Of a stretch of DNA of 64,000 nucleotides, positions 48,175 through 57,946 are shown piece by piece (position 1 is the first letter of the stretch; each line of letters opens with the position of its first letter). The position numbers and the translations under genes were made by a program. This DNA comes from a virus (lineage: Duplodnaviria; Caudoviricetes): positions 32,001-96,000 of IMG/VR virus record IMGVR_UViG_3300037991_002562. The stretch is one strand, 5' to 3'. The notes beneath the pieces were generated by a model, which worked only from the letters and a program-made list of their open reading frames with translations, searched no databases and was not told the origin of the DNA.

Positions 48175-48576
48175 CTAGCGACCCTTGCTGATTTCTTTTT
48201 TAGCTTTCTCAACAGAGTTTTTCACATTAATTCTGTCTAGGTGTAGAATTGCTTCCGTTATCTCCATTCTGCTCCAAAAGTCCGTTATTAAGTATGTATC
48301 TAGTAAGAACGGTAGAGCAGATACGTTTTTTCCTGCGTAAGTACTAACATTACCTCCTGTATACGTATCTGGAAGCTTAGAGTAAATCTCTAGAGAGTCC
48401 TGTACAAACTGAGGCAAGTCCGAAAAATCCGGGGGCATCTTGTCAGGGTCGGGTTCATCACCCATACGCTCACAGATTTCCAAGTACTGTTCTTTAGTAA
48501 TATTATGTTGCTGGTTGCTTTGGTATTTATCGAGTAGGTCTAAACCCTTACTTAGATTGCTCTCCGCGAAAGTATT
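48175..48576 (-). CDS. Tail assembly chaperone, downstream (gpT-like) frame, probably reached by a +1 frameshift
   Basis: Frame is open from 48576 without a good start; YLEICERMG.EPDP..MP. Confidence 0.7.
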   Translation of the reverse strand, partial: NTFAESNLSKGLDLLDKYQSNQQHNITKEQYLEICERMGDEPDPDKMPPDFSDLPQFVQDSLEIYSKLPDTYTGGNVSTYAGKNVSALPFLLDTYLITDFWSRMEITEAILHLDRINVKNSVEKAKKEISKGR

Positions 48577-48964
48577 TTAGTTTAAACGCCACCTCGTTTA
48601 CCCAAGCTTCAAAAGCAGTACTATTTTTGATAAGTAATACAGCGTTGTCATGGTTGTACGGGATCTCGTCTTCGTCGTTTACTTGATCGTCATTAACTGG
48701 TAATAAGTCTTTAACGTATTCTCCTGTTAGACCTTCCCAACCCTTGATAGCAGCATTGGTGAATTTCTCTGCGAACTTGTTCTCGTCTAGAGTTTCTTCC
48801 ATGCTAGAGTAGCGGTCTGACATTCTTGTAACTGTGCAGTCTTTACGAATCTTGTTCGCTAGCTGTCTGCTTATTAGACCAATTTTAACTTTAAATCCTT
48901 TGTAGCCTGGGAACTCTAGTTCCGCAGTTTTTGATTCCTGTAATACATCTTTTAAATTAACCAT
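48548..48964 (-). CDS. Tail assembly chaperone (gpG-like)
   Basis: IKGWEGL, .Y...NA..L, F..WV motifs; position before the tape measure gene. Confidence 0.85.
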   Translation of the reverse strand: MVNLKDVLQESKTAELEFPGYKGFKVKIGLISRQLANKIRKDCTVTRMSDRYSSMEETLDENKFAEKFTNAAIKGWEGLTGEYVKDLLPVNDDQVNDEDEIPYNHDNAVLLIKNSTAFEAWVNEVAFKLKYFRGEQSK

Positions 48965-48971
48965 ATTTCCT

Positions 48972-49838
48972 CTAGATTATTATTTGTGAGTCTACGCTAT
49001 TTAGTAGCTTAAAGTCTGATACCGACTGTAGTACTCCTGAGCCAAAATCAGCTCTCTGTGTTATGTTGCAATGTCCTAGGTTGACTGTCATGTAGTCGCC
49101 TAGGGATATAGATACTGGCACATCAGGTAAATACTTGGGCTCTTCTGTCCCTCTTTTTATGGTTGTTATATTACCTGCTACTGCCAAGTTTGACCCTACT
49201 ACATCCTCAGGAATAAACATAGTTCCAGAAAATGCGTCGTGTACTGATTGATTATTTAGCCAATTTATATCTCTAGTTAATTCTAATGTAGCTCCTGCTA
49301 CTCTAGAAACATCAATACCGGGTACAGATGCTGAGATATATGCGTTTGTAAATGACCCTTGAGAGTATAATGTTCCGTTAGAAGGTAGAACTATTGAATC
49401 CGTCATAGAAGTAAATCCTCTAGCTGTCACAGACATACCAAGAACCCCTCTAGGATTTAGTTTAAAGCTAAGATTTTCTAGTACCACATTATCTATAAAT
49501 ACTATCTTTGCTCCTAAATCTACGTAAACATCAAACTTTTTAGTCAACTGTCCATTAACTGCTGGGAAGTTACCTGAAGCATCAAAGCCGTACCATTCCA
49601 AGACTTTTTTCTCAACTGTAATATTATCGCTGAAATACATTTCAAAGTCAAAGGAGCAATTAGACTTGGCATTTACATAAGTTTTGTTATTAATAGCTAC
49701 TGGGTTATGTACTGTTGATACATCGTACCCTCGCTCAATAAAGGTTTCGGAGAAGTTAAAGTCCGCTACCTTTAGCAGGTAGCGGTCAGTACCGTCGTCT
49801 ATAATGAGCTTAGAGCCTCTTTTAAAACTAAAGCTCAT
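48972..49838 (-). CDS. Baseplate tube / minor tail protein (p140-like)
   Basis: Size and synteny after the tail tube gene. Confidence 0.75.
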   Translation of the reverse strand: MSFSFKRGSKLIIDDGTDRYLLKVADFNFSETFIERGYDVSTVHNPVAINNKTYVNAKSNCSFDFEMYFSDNITVEKKVLEWYGFDASGNFPAVNGQLTKKFDVYVDLGAKIVFIDNVVLENLSFKLNPRGVLGMSVTARGFTSMTDSIVLPSNGTLYSQGSFTNAYISASVPGIDVSRVAGATLELTRDINWLNNQSVHDAFSGTMFIPEDVVGSNLAVAGNITTIKRGTEEPKYLPDVPVSISLGDYMTVNLGHCNITQRADFGSGVLQSVSDFKLLNSVDSQIII

Positions 49839-49847
49839 TTAGTCTCC

Positions 49848-50999
49848 TTATCGGAAAAACGTAATGTTTACTTCGTCACCGTCGTCCATATCAGCGCTGC
49901 TAGGAATACCTTTAAATTCTAGAGACTGAGATATGATGGAGTCTACTGAAACAGCTGGGATACCAATATGCGCTTGAGGAAGGTTCACTTCCACACGACT
50001 ACTATTAGATTTACCACCTAGTTCAAAAGTGATGTTAGAAACGTTAATAACGTTTTTGTTTTGTACCATTTGTTTTAGTAAGTCCGCAGAACCGTAAGCG
50101 TTTGCGTCACTAGAACCGTCGGCTAAACCAACACCGTCACGTAGATAACTATCCATTGATCCAGATACATCGAATGTACCAGTAAATGAGCCTACCGGAG
50201 TATCTACTTCAGCTAATGTTGAAGGAGTTACATAACTGATGTTGTTGTTGATAGTTAGTGAGCCACCTGTTAGAGCAATACGGTAGTATGAAGTGCTACC
50301 ACCTGCGTTAGACTGCATAGTAACAGTTGTTAACTTACTTAGGATGTAAGAACGGTCAGCTGGAATACCTACGAAAGAATCCGCTGTTGGAATATCAGGG
50401 TTGAATGTTTCCGCTGTAGCCGACATAAATGCAGGAGCTGCGATTTCAACCATCTCTGTACCTTGTCCAGACCAGTTAGTCATAGCAATGTCAGCAATGT
50501 CTAGAGGTATTGACGCTTCATTAACCTGAGCTTCTTTAACTAGATAAACCTTGTTATCAATCTTAAAGTAAAGGTTAAGCTTAGTTAGTACGTGAGCACC
50601 GTTTTTAGTGAATCCGATTTTAAACTCTGAACCTGTTGAGTAAACGTCAGTTTGACCAGCATTACCTGCGCCATCGCCTTGTAGTTCAAGAGGAAGGTCA
50701 TTGCTGGTTGCTAGAGCATGCCATAAGATAGCATCTAGAGCATATACATCACCGTTTACTAAGTATGGGTTTAGGTATGTTGAGAAGCTCCAGTCAACAG
50801 GGTCTAGATTGGTATTGAAACGTCTAGAACCACGAGTTGGTGTAGGGCCTGCCTCTTCTGGGGAAATATCCTCAGAAGCCATGTTCTGACCTAAACTATA
50901 CCCGTCTTGAATTGGGATCTCAAATGTGTTTGAGTTATCGTGTCCAGTGTCCACTGTACTAACCCAAAGTCTGGTATTACGTGATAAATTTAAAGACAT
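49848..50999 (-). CDS. Major tail tube protein (pb6-like)
   Basis: MSL.L.RNTR.WVSTV, RGS.RFN..L.P.DWSFSTY..P. Confidence 0.9.
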   Translation of the reverse strand: MSLNLSRNTRLWVSTVDTGHDNSNTFEIPIQDGYSLGQNMASEDISPEEAGPTPTRGSRRFNTNLDPVDWSFSTYLNPYLVNGDVYALDAILWHALATSNDLPLELQGDGAGNAGQTDVYSTGSEFKIGFTKNGAHVLTKLNLYFKIDNKVYLVKEAQVNEASIPLDIADIAMTNWSGQGTEMVEIAAPAFMSATAETFNPDIPTADSFVGIPADRSYILSKLTTVTMQSNAGGSTSYYRIALTGGSLTINNNISYVTPSTLAEVDTPVGSFTGTFDVSGSMDSYLRDGVGLADGSSDANAYGSADLLKQMVQNKNVINVSNITFELGGKSNSSRVEVNLPQAHIGIPAVSVDSIISQSLEFKGIPSSADMDDGDEVNITFFR

Positions 51000-51010
51000 T
51001 AATTATTCTC

Positions 51011-51478
51011 CTAGTAATCTCTTCTTTTTTCATATTCTACAGAGAGTAGTATCTCCCCAATTCCTTGAGGCTGTAATAGACCTTCATCTGTAGTGATAGA
51101 CAATATAGTGTTGGATATAGTTTTATTGGTCTCCTGACCACTACTTGTAATTAAATTATACGCCATATCCAAATTCTTGTCAAAAAACTTTTCTAAGTCA
51201 CCAATGATTTGCTCAAGTTCCCCTTGGGCATCATCTTGGTTTTTTACATATACTCGTACAGCAACTTCAAGCCTACAAAGGGTAAAGTTGGAGGGCATGT
51301 CTTCTCTAGTCTCAGGCCCAGGAGTAACAGTAATAGTAGGGAAATTCTCTATATCTTGGAAATGTCGAACTCTAGATTCCACATTCCCGTACATGTTAGT
51401 AAGGTAATCCCCAGTACCATTTAATACTTGTTGTAACTTTTCTACATATGCGACTGGAATCGCTGTTCTGGCATTCAT
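51011..51478 (-). CDS. Tail terminator protein
   Basis: FP.ITV.PGPETR, I.TDEGLL.P.G.GE. Confidence 0.8.
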   Translation of the reverse strand: MNARTAIPVAYVEKLQQVLNGTGDYLTNMYGNVESRVRHFQDIENFPTITVTPGPETREDMPSNFTLCRLEVAVRVYVKNQDDAQGELEQIIGDLEKFFDKNLDMAYNLITSSGQETNKTISNTILSITTDEGLLQPQGIGEILLSVEYEKRRDY

Positions 51479-52185
51479 CTAAAGTCACCATTAATAATAT
51501 TGCCGTGTTTACTTCTTCCTGAGTACACGCTAAATCTAGTATTAGCTAAATCCTGGTCACTTATTAGTAACGATAAAGCATCAGCTATTGCGTTAGAGAA
51601 TATATCCCTAGGGTCACGGCCTTTCTTATACTGAGCAAATCCCGGTTCAAATGTTTGATACGGGTAATACAGATAAGTAAAGTGTATGCTACTTCTCTTT
51701 AGGTTAAAGCTAGTAATATTAACAGAGTTGGCTAACCTACCAGTCCTAAAGTTTAGTGTGTTTCCGTACTTGTGCCCTTTCATAATTTCTTTAGCTTTTA
51801 TCTTAACCATACTATTAAGAAGAGTAGCTAATTTAAGAGCACCAATAAATCTTCCAGACCTAGAGCGGAGTGCCTGGGCCGACTTGGTAACATTGATTCT
51901 TTTAGTTCTAGAGAAACCTTTTATCTTATTACCTGTGCTATCACCTACTATAGTAGATACAATACCATCTACTTCCGATTCTAATACCTCTATAGCAGCA
52001 TCTATAATTTGCTCTATACTCTTCTCAGAGGTCTCTATTCCTCTAGAGTCCAGTGTATAAGCTAAATCCGCTCCACGCTCTACTAACATTTCTCTGTATT
52101 CTTGAACTCGTCCTAAAGCTATAGAATCTAATAGTTTAGCTTCTACTAATTTTCGATATTCTAAATCTAGGAAACTGGTAAACAT
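51475..52185 (-). CDS. Tail completion protein
   Basis: L.FRTGRLANSV, Y.YYPY.TFE, RDP..I; synteny. Confidence 0.75.
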   Translation of the reverse strand: MFTSFLDLEYRKLVEAKLLDSIALGRVQEYREMLVERGADLAYTLDSRGIETSEKSIEQIIDAAIEVLESEVDGIVSTIVGDSTGNKIKGFSRTKRINVTKSAQALRSRSGRFIGALKLATLLNSMVKIKAKEIMKGHKYGNTLNFRTGRLANSVNITSFNLKRSSIHFTYLYYPYQTFEPGFAQYKKGRDPRDIFSNAIADALSLLISDQDLANTRFSVYSGRSKHGNIINGDFR

Positions 52186-52727
52186 TATAACACCCTGAAC
52201 ATATCTAATATAGTTCTAATGTGACTTGGTAAAATACTAGCATCAGTAAAGTCTACTGACTGTCCATTACCTATATCTTTAGACTTATTAAATTCCCTTT
52301 TATCGTAGTAAGTTGTTAGCTCTACTGCTGCTTGTTTAAGTGCAAAAGGCACTACAGTATACCCATAAGTATAGTCAACAATAAAGGCTCTAGGATTTCT
52401 AGGTAGGTTTATTGAGGGATCGATTAGTTCTATCGTGCCCTCTTGAGGGTGCAGAATGTATTGGGAAGAATCAAGCTCTTCGGTATACTCAGATGACCTT
52501 TTAATCCCTAAATACTCTACACTTATGATAGGAGTATCTGGTAATATGATGTAGTAATTGCTTTGGTTTAGTCGTACTCCGGTAGCTACCGAACCGCTAA
52601 AACTAACTTGACAGTATTCTTCTATAATACTATTAACAGCATCAATTAAAGGCTGGAGCTGAGTATCTTGTTTAGGATTGTTTATACCCTTAAATAATTT
52701 GTATTCGTTTAGAGTTATAACACTCAT
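52185..52727 (-). CDS. Head completion / head-tail adaptor protein
   Basis: ITL.EYK...G, Y..GY..VP..LK.A, P.HI..ILD..R; GGGAG RBS before 52727. Confidence 0.85.
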   Translation of the reverse strand: MSVITLNEYKLFKGINNPKQDTQLQPLIDAVNSIIEEYCQVSFSGSVATGVRLNQSNYYIILPDTPIISVEYLGIKRSSEYTEELDSSQYILHPQEGTIELIDPSINLPRNPRAFIVDYTYGYTVVPFALKQAAVELTTYYDKREFNKSKDIGNGQSVDFTDASILPSHIRTILDMFRVL

Positions 52728-52739
52728 ATTTGCTCCCAA

Positions 52740-52772
52740 TAAAAAAGCCCCACCCAAAGGTGGGCAGGGCTT
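52740..52772 (-). terminator. Intrinsic terminator after the capsid gene
   Basis: GCCC..CCCAC/GUGGGGC stem followed by a U-run. Confidence 0.8.
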
Positions 52773-52791
52773 CTGTTTTAAGTATTATCTA

Positions 52792-54729
52792 TTACGCCGC
52801 TGCGTAAGTAACTGCAACAACACCTTTGTCTTGTCCGTCAGTGTCACGGATTAGAGACTCTAGGTTTAGACGTTGTGTAGCAACGATAACACGACGATCT
52901 TTCTCTACGTCGAAGTCAGTACGTACTGTAACTGTACGCTGAGTTGGAACTAGGAAGTTCTTAGTGTTAACTAGTACTGCGTATGCTTTAGCAACTCCAG
53001 GAGCTTCGAAGTGGTCAGATACGATAACTGGCATACCGTAGATAGAACCTACTTGACCAGATAGCTTAGTAGCTGCCCCGCCTACTAGGTTAACATCAGC
53101 CCATGCGTCGTCTTCGATTAGCGCGTAGTAAGCCTCTGTAGAAACTACTAGAGTAACATCACGTACGTTTAGACCATAAAGCTTCATTTTCTTACGAGCT
53201 TTAAGAATCATCTTAGCTGTAATTGGAGTGTTACCATTAGCTGTCGCTGTAGATGTTTCAACACCACCAGCTTTGTTAGTGTCGCTAGAAGCTTCAGCAG
53301 CTGTAGCACGTGGAACTAGACCTTTAGGTTCTGTAGTACCGTTACCTAGTAAGAATGCACGGTCAATTTCGTTAGCGTGAGACTCAACTAAGTGTTGACG
53401 AATTAGAGGTAGAAGAGGTATGATAGCATCTTCTGATGTTTCGTCAGTGATGTAGCTCTTAGCAGCAAGCTTCATTGTTTTAAGCGTGATTTCGCTTAGA
53501 GCTGCTGTGATCTCGCTACCAGTACTTGCGTCAGTACCGTAAGCTGTACCAGATACCCATGAAGCGTTCTTACGGTCAGGGTTTACTGGGATAGTTAGGT
53601 TAGCAGACGTCATTGTAATGTCGCGGAAAAGTGGAGCGATAACAAGTTCTGCTTGAATGTCGCGGATTAGGTCAGTAGAGAACACTGTCTCGTACGCTTC
53701 GCTAGAAACTTCGATTGAAGAAGAATCATTTACCGCTTTAACTGTTTCACCGAATTTAGTACCAAAAGTACCTTTCTGTGTAACGATACCTAGTAATACT
53801 GCGTCATTAACAGACTTACGAGTATCGGGGTTCATTCCGTCAGTTACCTTGTTATAAGAGAACGACTTAGTACGAGATGCAACTACTTGCTTGATTTCTT
53901 CACGTAGTGCTTCGATTTCGTCTTCGCGAGCTTTAAGAGTATCTGCGAAACTCTTTTGGTTGCTAGCAATCTTGCCTTCAAGCTCGTCTACGATAGACTT
54001 AGCAGCTTCGCGAGCTTGAGTTTTAATTTCTTCAGCTTGCTTAGCAGCTGCGGCTTTAGCAGCGGCTTCTTTAGCCTTTGCGTCAGCTTCTTTTTGGCGT
54101 TCTTTATCTAATAGGCCCATAACGTCGTCTAGGGTTAAGCCTGTGTTTTCATTTTTTGTTGACATATCTTGGATTTCCTTAATATCTGTATTTTCAGCCT
54201 CTTCAGCAGGAGGCACGAATTCTTTTTTAAATGCCTCTGCGTCAACGAGTGACTTAGAGACCGAAAATGTAGAGTCTTGGTTGCAAGGAACGGAAACTAC
54301 CGAAACCTCTAGTAACTCTAGGTCTGTAATCATATAAGTGTCGGTTTTACTATGATACTCAGCATCATGAATATAAAAACCTACACTAAATGTGGACAAT
54401 ACGCCATCTTTGATAAGGTGGTATACGTCTCCAGCTCCCTTGCTAATCTTAGCTTCGATGAAAAATCCATTATCATCTGCGTACCAGTTAGTAGCTTTAC
54501 CGATTGGCTTGCTATGGTCGTGGAAGGCTAAAATTATTGGGTTCTTTGAATAGTTTTTAGTAGCATTGCCTTTTAACCAAGTATCCTTTGGTATAACATC
54601 GCCAGCTCGGTCCTTAGTGACCGTATTGGCGTAGCCACTAATTATAATATCAGAAGATTCATCGTCAGCCATCTTAACTGTTTTAATCTGACTGACAATC
54701 TTACCTTCGTACTTATTCTTTAGAGTCAT
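52792..54729 (-). CDS. Prohead protease fused in frame to the HK97-fold major capsid protein (internal start at 54165)
   Basis: GYA....DR.GD, H....PIG, FSVGF, EVSVVSVP.N protease motifs, then a coiled-coil scaffold and the capsid domain; AAGGA RBS before M189. Confidence 0.9.
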   Translation of the reverse strand: MTLKNKYEGKIVSQIKTVKMADDESSDIIISGYANTVTKDRAGDVIPKDTWLKGNATKNYSKNPIILAFHDHSKPIGKATNWYADDNGFFIEAKISKGAGDVYHLIKDGVLSTFSVGFYIHDAEYHSKTDTYMITDLELLEVSVVSVPCNQDSTFSVSKSLVDAEAFKKEFVPPAEEAENTDIKEIQDMSTKNENTGLTLDDVMGLLDKERQKEADAKAKEAAAKAAAAKQAEEIKTQAREAAKSIVDELEGKIASNQKSFADTLKAREDEIEALREEIKQVVASRTKSFSYNKVTDGMNPDTRKSVNDAVLLGIVTQKGTFGTKFGETVKAVNDSSSIEVSSEAYETVFSTDLIRDIQAELVIAPLFRDITMTSANLTIPVNPDRKNASWVSGTAYGTDASTGSEITAALSEITLKTMKLAAKSYITDETSEDAIIPLLPLIRQHLVESHANEIDRAFLLGNGTTEPKGLVPRATAAEASSDTNKAGGVETSTATANGNTPITAKMILKARKKMKLYGLNVRDVTLVVSTEAYYALIEDDAWADVNLVGGAATKLSGQVGSIYGMPVIVSDHFEAPGVAKAYAVLVNTKNFLVPTQRTVTVRTDFDVEKDRRVIVATQRLNLESLIRDTDGQDKGVVAVTYAAA

Positions 54730-54946
54730 TAGCTTGGTTACCTGATTTTCCTGCTGGTGCTTTCTTAGTAGGAGCTTTTGTTTCTTCTCCAGCTAGTGCA
54801 TCTTGGTAACGAACAACGAAGTTGTCCCACGTACCGTACTCTTTAGAAATATCAGCCACTAGGCATGGTGCTTCTGGGTCGTTACGGAACGCTGTTTTAC
54901 CTGGCAGGTCTTTGCCGTAATGTTTCATTATTTTCTCTAGTAACAT
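54713..54946 (-). CDS. Capsid decoration protein (pb10 capsid-binding domain only)
   Basis: G..LP....F...P......E.G.W..FV..Y resembles the recalled T5 pb10 N-domain; same position. Confidence 0.55.
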   Translation of the reverse strand: MLLEKIMKHYGKDLPGKTAFRNDPEAPCLVADISKEYGTWDNFVVRYQDALAGEETKAPTKKAPAGKSGNQANDSKE

Positions 54947-56157
54947 TATTTGTCATCTTCATTTGTTGAAGGCTTGCCGCCTTCCTGACCTGATACTCCG
55001 GTAGCAGAACCTGCAACGTTTGCAGGAATTCTGATTTCGTCTAGTAATGGGTCTTCTAAAGGTTCTAGTCTTAGTATTGAACGAGCTTCTTTGCCCAGCA
55101 TAATACCATTGTTGACTAGAGATGAAAGTCTGTCTGACTCTGCTTTTAAGTCTGGTCTTAGAGCGACCACTTTATGAGTAGTTAACTCAATATCATAAGC
55201 AAAGAAAAACTCAAATGCAGACTCAAATTTTCTCATCATCGGAAGAATGGTAGTGGAGAATAACAACTCCATATTCGGCCTAAGGTTAGCATTATTACCA
55301 GAATCTAGTAGTATATGAGGTATACCCAGTGCTAAGGCTATTCGTTTTTCCATCGCTTCCATGGATTCGTTAAAGTCTAAATCTCTAAAGCTATTTGTAT
55401 TTAGTGACTTAGCCTTCATTCCAGCATCAAGAATCATAGGTCTACCCTGCGAGTCTTTAGGGTTAAACTTAGACATCCACTCTTTTTCGCGTCTATCTTT
55501 TAATCTGGTAGATAGTACTGCTTCAGTCTCTACGACTAGGCCAATCATTGTACCATTTTCGTAGAATCTAGCCTGAAAATCTAGAGCGGTTTCGTGTGTA
55601 AGGATTGTCTTGATAGCTGCTAGTAATCTTGAACGCCCTCTGAAGTTTCGGTACTCGGAACTTGAGGAATTGTCTCTGATGTGTATGATTTCATTAGGTT
55701 TAAACTTAACAATAGAATTATAAACATACTCGCTAACGTACGCCTTTTCATCAGTTTTAATCTCCATGTGTCTTGCAGGTACATGGTAGAAGCCTGAACC
55801 GTCAAAGTGAACAAAAACGTTACCCTCGATAATCATGTCTAGAAGTAATAGCCTTTTAAACGTATTGATATCCATGTAAGGGTTAGGTCTGTTGTTCATT
55901 AAAGTACTGAGCGTTTTGCCGCGCATGTTACCATCAGCTCTAGCCGTGAAACTAAGTTTGTCTTTTACGTCAAACTCAATATCCGAACCTAAGTCTACTA
56001 GAAGATTAACACAGCGGTTAACAATTTCCATTAGGTTGTACGCGTTTTCAGTTGTTCTAATTTTGTTCTGGTTTGTCCCAACGTGTGTACCCGCCTCTTC
56101 AGCTATGTACCTTTGGGCGGGGTTTGCTTTAGAATGAATTTTGCTTCGTAAGCTCAC
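54946..56157 (-). CDS. Portal protein (HK97 family)
   Basis: L...PNPY, ..GN.F, EIIHIR, F..NG, ILD.G, IA.ALGIP; 403 aa. Confidence 0.92.
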   Translation of the reverse strand: MSLRSKIHSKANPAQRYIAEEAGTHVGTNQNKIRTTENAYNLMEIVNRCVNLLVDLGSDIEFDVKDKLSFTARADGNMRGKTLSTLMNNRPNPYMDINTFKRLLLLDMIIEGNVFVHFDGSGFYHVPARHMEIKTDEKAYVSEYVYNSIVKFKPNEIIHIRDNSSSSEYRNFRGRSRLLAAIKTILTHETALDFQARFYENGTMIGLVVETEAVLSTRLKDRREKEWMSKFNPKDSQGRPMILDAGMKAKSLNTNSFRDLDFNESMEAMEKRIALALGIPHILLDSGNNANLRPNMELLFSTTILPMMRKFESAFEFFFAYDIELTTHKVVALRPDLKAESDRLSSLVNNGIMLGKEARSILRLEPLEDPLLDEIRIPANVAGSATGVSGQEGGKPSTNEDDK

Positions 56158-56169
56158 TTAACGCTGTCC

Positions 56170-56580
56170 TCAAATCAAAGAGGCAAATCTACCTTTAGTA
56201 GTCTTGCCCTCTGCTTTGTCGCGCTGTTTTTCAACCCAACGCTCCTGTTTCTTAGCGGTGTGCAAAGGAGGCTCACGTCCATAGATAGAATGTAGTTTTC
56301 TATGATGCTCTTCGCAAAGAGTAACAGTGTAGTCTACAAGCTCATACCAATACATCTTATAAAAGTCATCTCGCATTGCTCGGACTTCTTCATCTGTATC
56401 TACTGGAATATTATGCTCCTCTACGTAATTCTTGAAGAGGGTAGAAACCGTGGTATAGTGGTGTAATTCCAGTTTTTCTTCCGTACTACATATTGCACAC
56501 TTACAGTCCTTTTTATAGTTGGACTTTATACCGTCTCTAATATGTTTTACGGCAACCCGCTTTTTGGTATTTGCTGCCAT
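56170..56580 (-). CDS. HNH nicking endonuclease (T5-type, between terminase and portal)
   Basis: CAIC....LELHH...TLCEEHH..LH; AGGAGG RBS before the ATG at 56580. Confidence 0.8.
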   Translation of the reverse strand: MAANTKKRVAVKHIRDGIKSNYKKDCKCAICSTEEKLELHHYTTVSTLFKNYVEEHNIPVDTDEEVRAMRDDFYKMYWYELVDYTVTLCEEHHRKLHSIYGREPPLHTAKKQERWVEKQRDKAEGKTTKGRFASLI

Positions 56581-56609
56581 AAATTTTTTCCTCCTAATCA
56601 ATATAAGCT

Positions 56610-56637
56610 ATTATAAACACTTTTATAAATTTGTAAA
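56610..56637 (-). promoter_or_regulatory. Promoter TTTACA-N16-TATAAT for head genes
   Basis: Near-consensus hexamers. Confidence 0.7.
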
Positions 56638-56662
56638 GTATTTAATTTAGTGCTACTTCTGT

Positions 56663-57946
56663 CTATACAGTAAAGCTATATAAAGCATATCTCAACGCGT
56701 CAGCTATGTGGGAAAATGCATCATGGATAGGTTTAGGCTTTAGTAGCTCAGGACGAGGATCCCACCTATAGTTAGCTAACATATCTATAGTGTGTATACA
56801 AGATTTGTCAACTATTAGCTTACCGCTATCTACCATACTCTGAACATATGCTATACCGTCCAGTACTGATTTTTTACTGGGGTTGGATGGTATATCGTGT
56901 AGCTCTGCTAAATCCTGCCTAAACTGTGCAGCGGCAGAATCACAGAAGACAAAGTCTGTGTCTTCTCCCATCATCTTTCTTATATGTTCTGCGTGTTGGT
57001 CTGTATTTCTTTGCGCTTCCAAGTACTCATCAACGATATAAAATACCTTAGAGTCGAAGTCATAATAGATTTTAAGTACCGCAGTAGGGTCTTTATAACC
57101 AGCGTCAATACCCATAATAGCATCGCAATTTTTAAAGTCACGTCCAGACAAGTCCTGAACATACTTATCGGCATCGAACCCTTCGTATATCTGACCTTCG
57201 AACGTTGTAAAGTCCGCTTCATACTCTTGTCTAAACTCCGCATTAGACATTGAAAGCTTAGCCTCTGCAATGTCAGCCTCAGACGTTCTAGGATTATCTC
57301 TCCATGTAGAGTGTATTGAAGCCCAGAAAGGGTACTTGTCGTCATATCCACGCATGTAGAAGTCATGGAAGTAGTTAGTACCACGAGGTGTTGAAATAAA
57401 TATAGCTTTAGAATTGTCTTTGTCTAGAGTAGGACGTAGCTGGATGTTGAAAGCATCCACACCTTTAGGGTCTAGTGCAGCTTCGTCAAATAGTATTAGG
57501 TCATAAGAACGACCTACACAAGAGTTAGCCTGAGATACAGAACCTAGCTTTATTAGAGAACCATTCTCTAGTACAATCTCTTTATCCTTAGCATTCATTT
57601 TCTCAGTTTGTATATCGTGCTTCTTAATAAGCTTTAACTGCTCTGTCCATGAAATGTTAGATAGTGAGTAGTTAGGCGATATAATAAGTATTTGTGTGCC
57701 AGGCTCTAGAGCCTTTAGGAACGCTATGTGGTTAGCACTAAATGTCTTACCTGTACGTCTCGAAAGACACCCCACCACGAAACGATGGGCAGGGTCATTG
57801 ATAGCATTGATAAGAGCTATCTGAGGAGGTATTAACTCTACCCCCTCTAACTCGAAGAATTGGTCGACTGGAAGCTTTAGAAATCGTTTCTCTAAAGGAA
57901 AGTCTTGCAGCTCTTCAAAGTTAATACTGGCTCTAGATACTTCCAT
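56663..57946 (-). CDS. terL: Terminase large subunit
   Basis: SRRTGKT, FDEAA, ISTPRG, QEY.A.F, GID.GY.D, H.ADALRY. Confidence 0.95.
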   Translation of the reverse strand: MEVSRASINFEELQDFPLEKRFLKLPVDQFFELEGVELIPPQIALINAINDPAHRFVVGCLSRRTGKTFSANHIAFLKALEPGTQILIISPNYSLSNISWTEQLKLIKKHDIQTEKMNAKDKEIVLENGSLIKLGSVSQANSCVGRSYDLILFDEAALDPKGVDAFNIQLRPTLDKDNSKAIFISTPRGTNYFHDFYMRGYDDKYPFWASIHSTWRDNPRTSEADIAEAKLSMSNAEFRQEYEADFTTFEGQIYEGFDADKYVQDLSGRDFKNCDAIMGIDAGYKDPTAVLKIYYDFDSKVFYIVDEYLEAQRNTDQHAEHIRKMMGEDTDFVFCDSAAAQFRQDLAELHDIPSNPSKKSVLDGIAYVQSMVDSGKLIVDKSCIHTIDMLANYRWDPRPELLKPKPIHDAFSHIADALRYALYSFTV

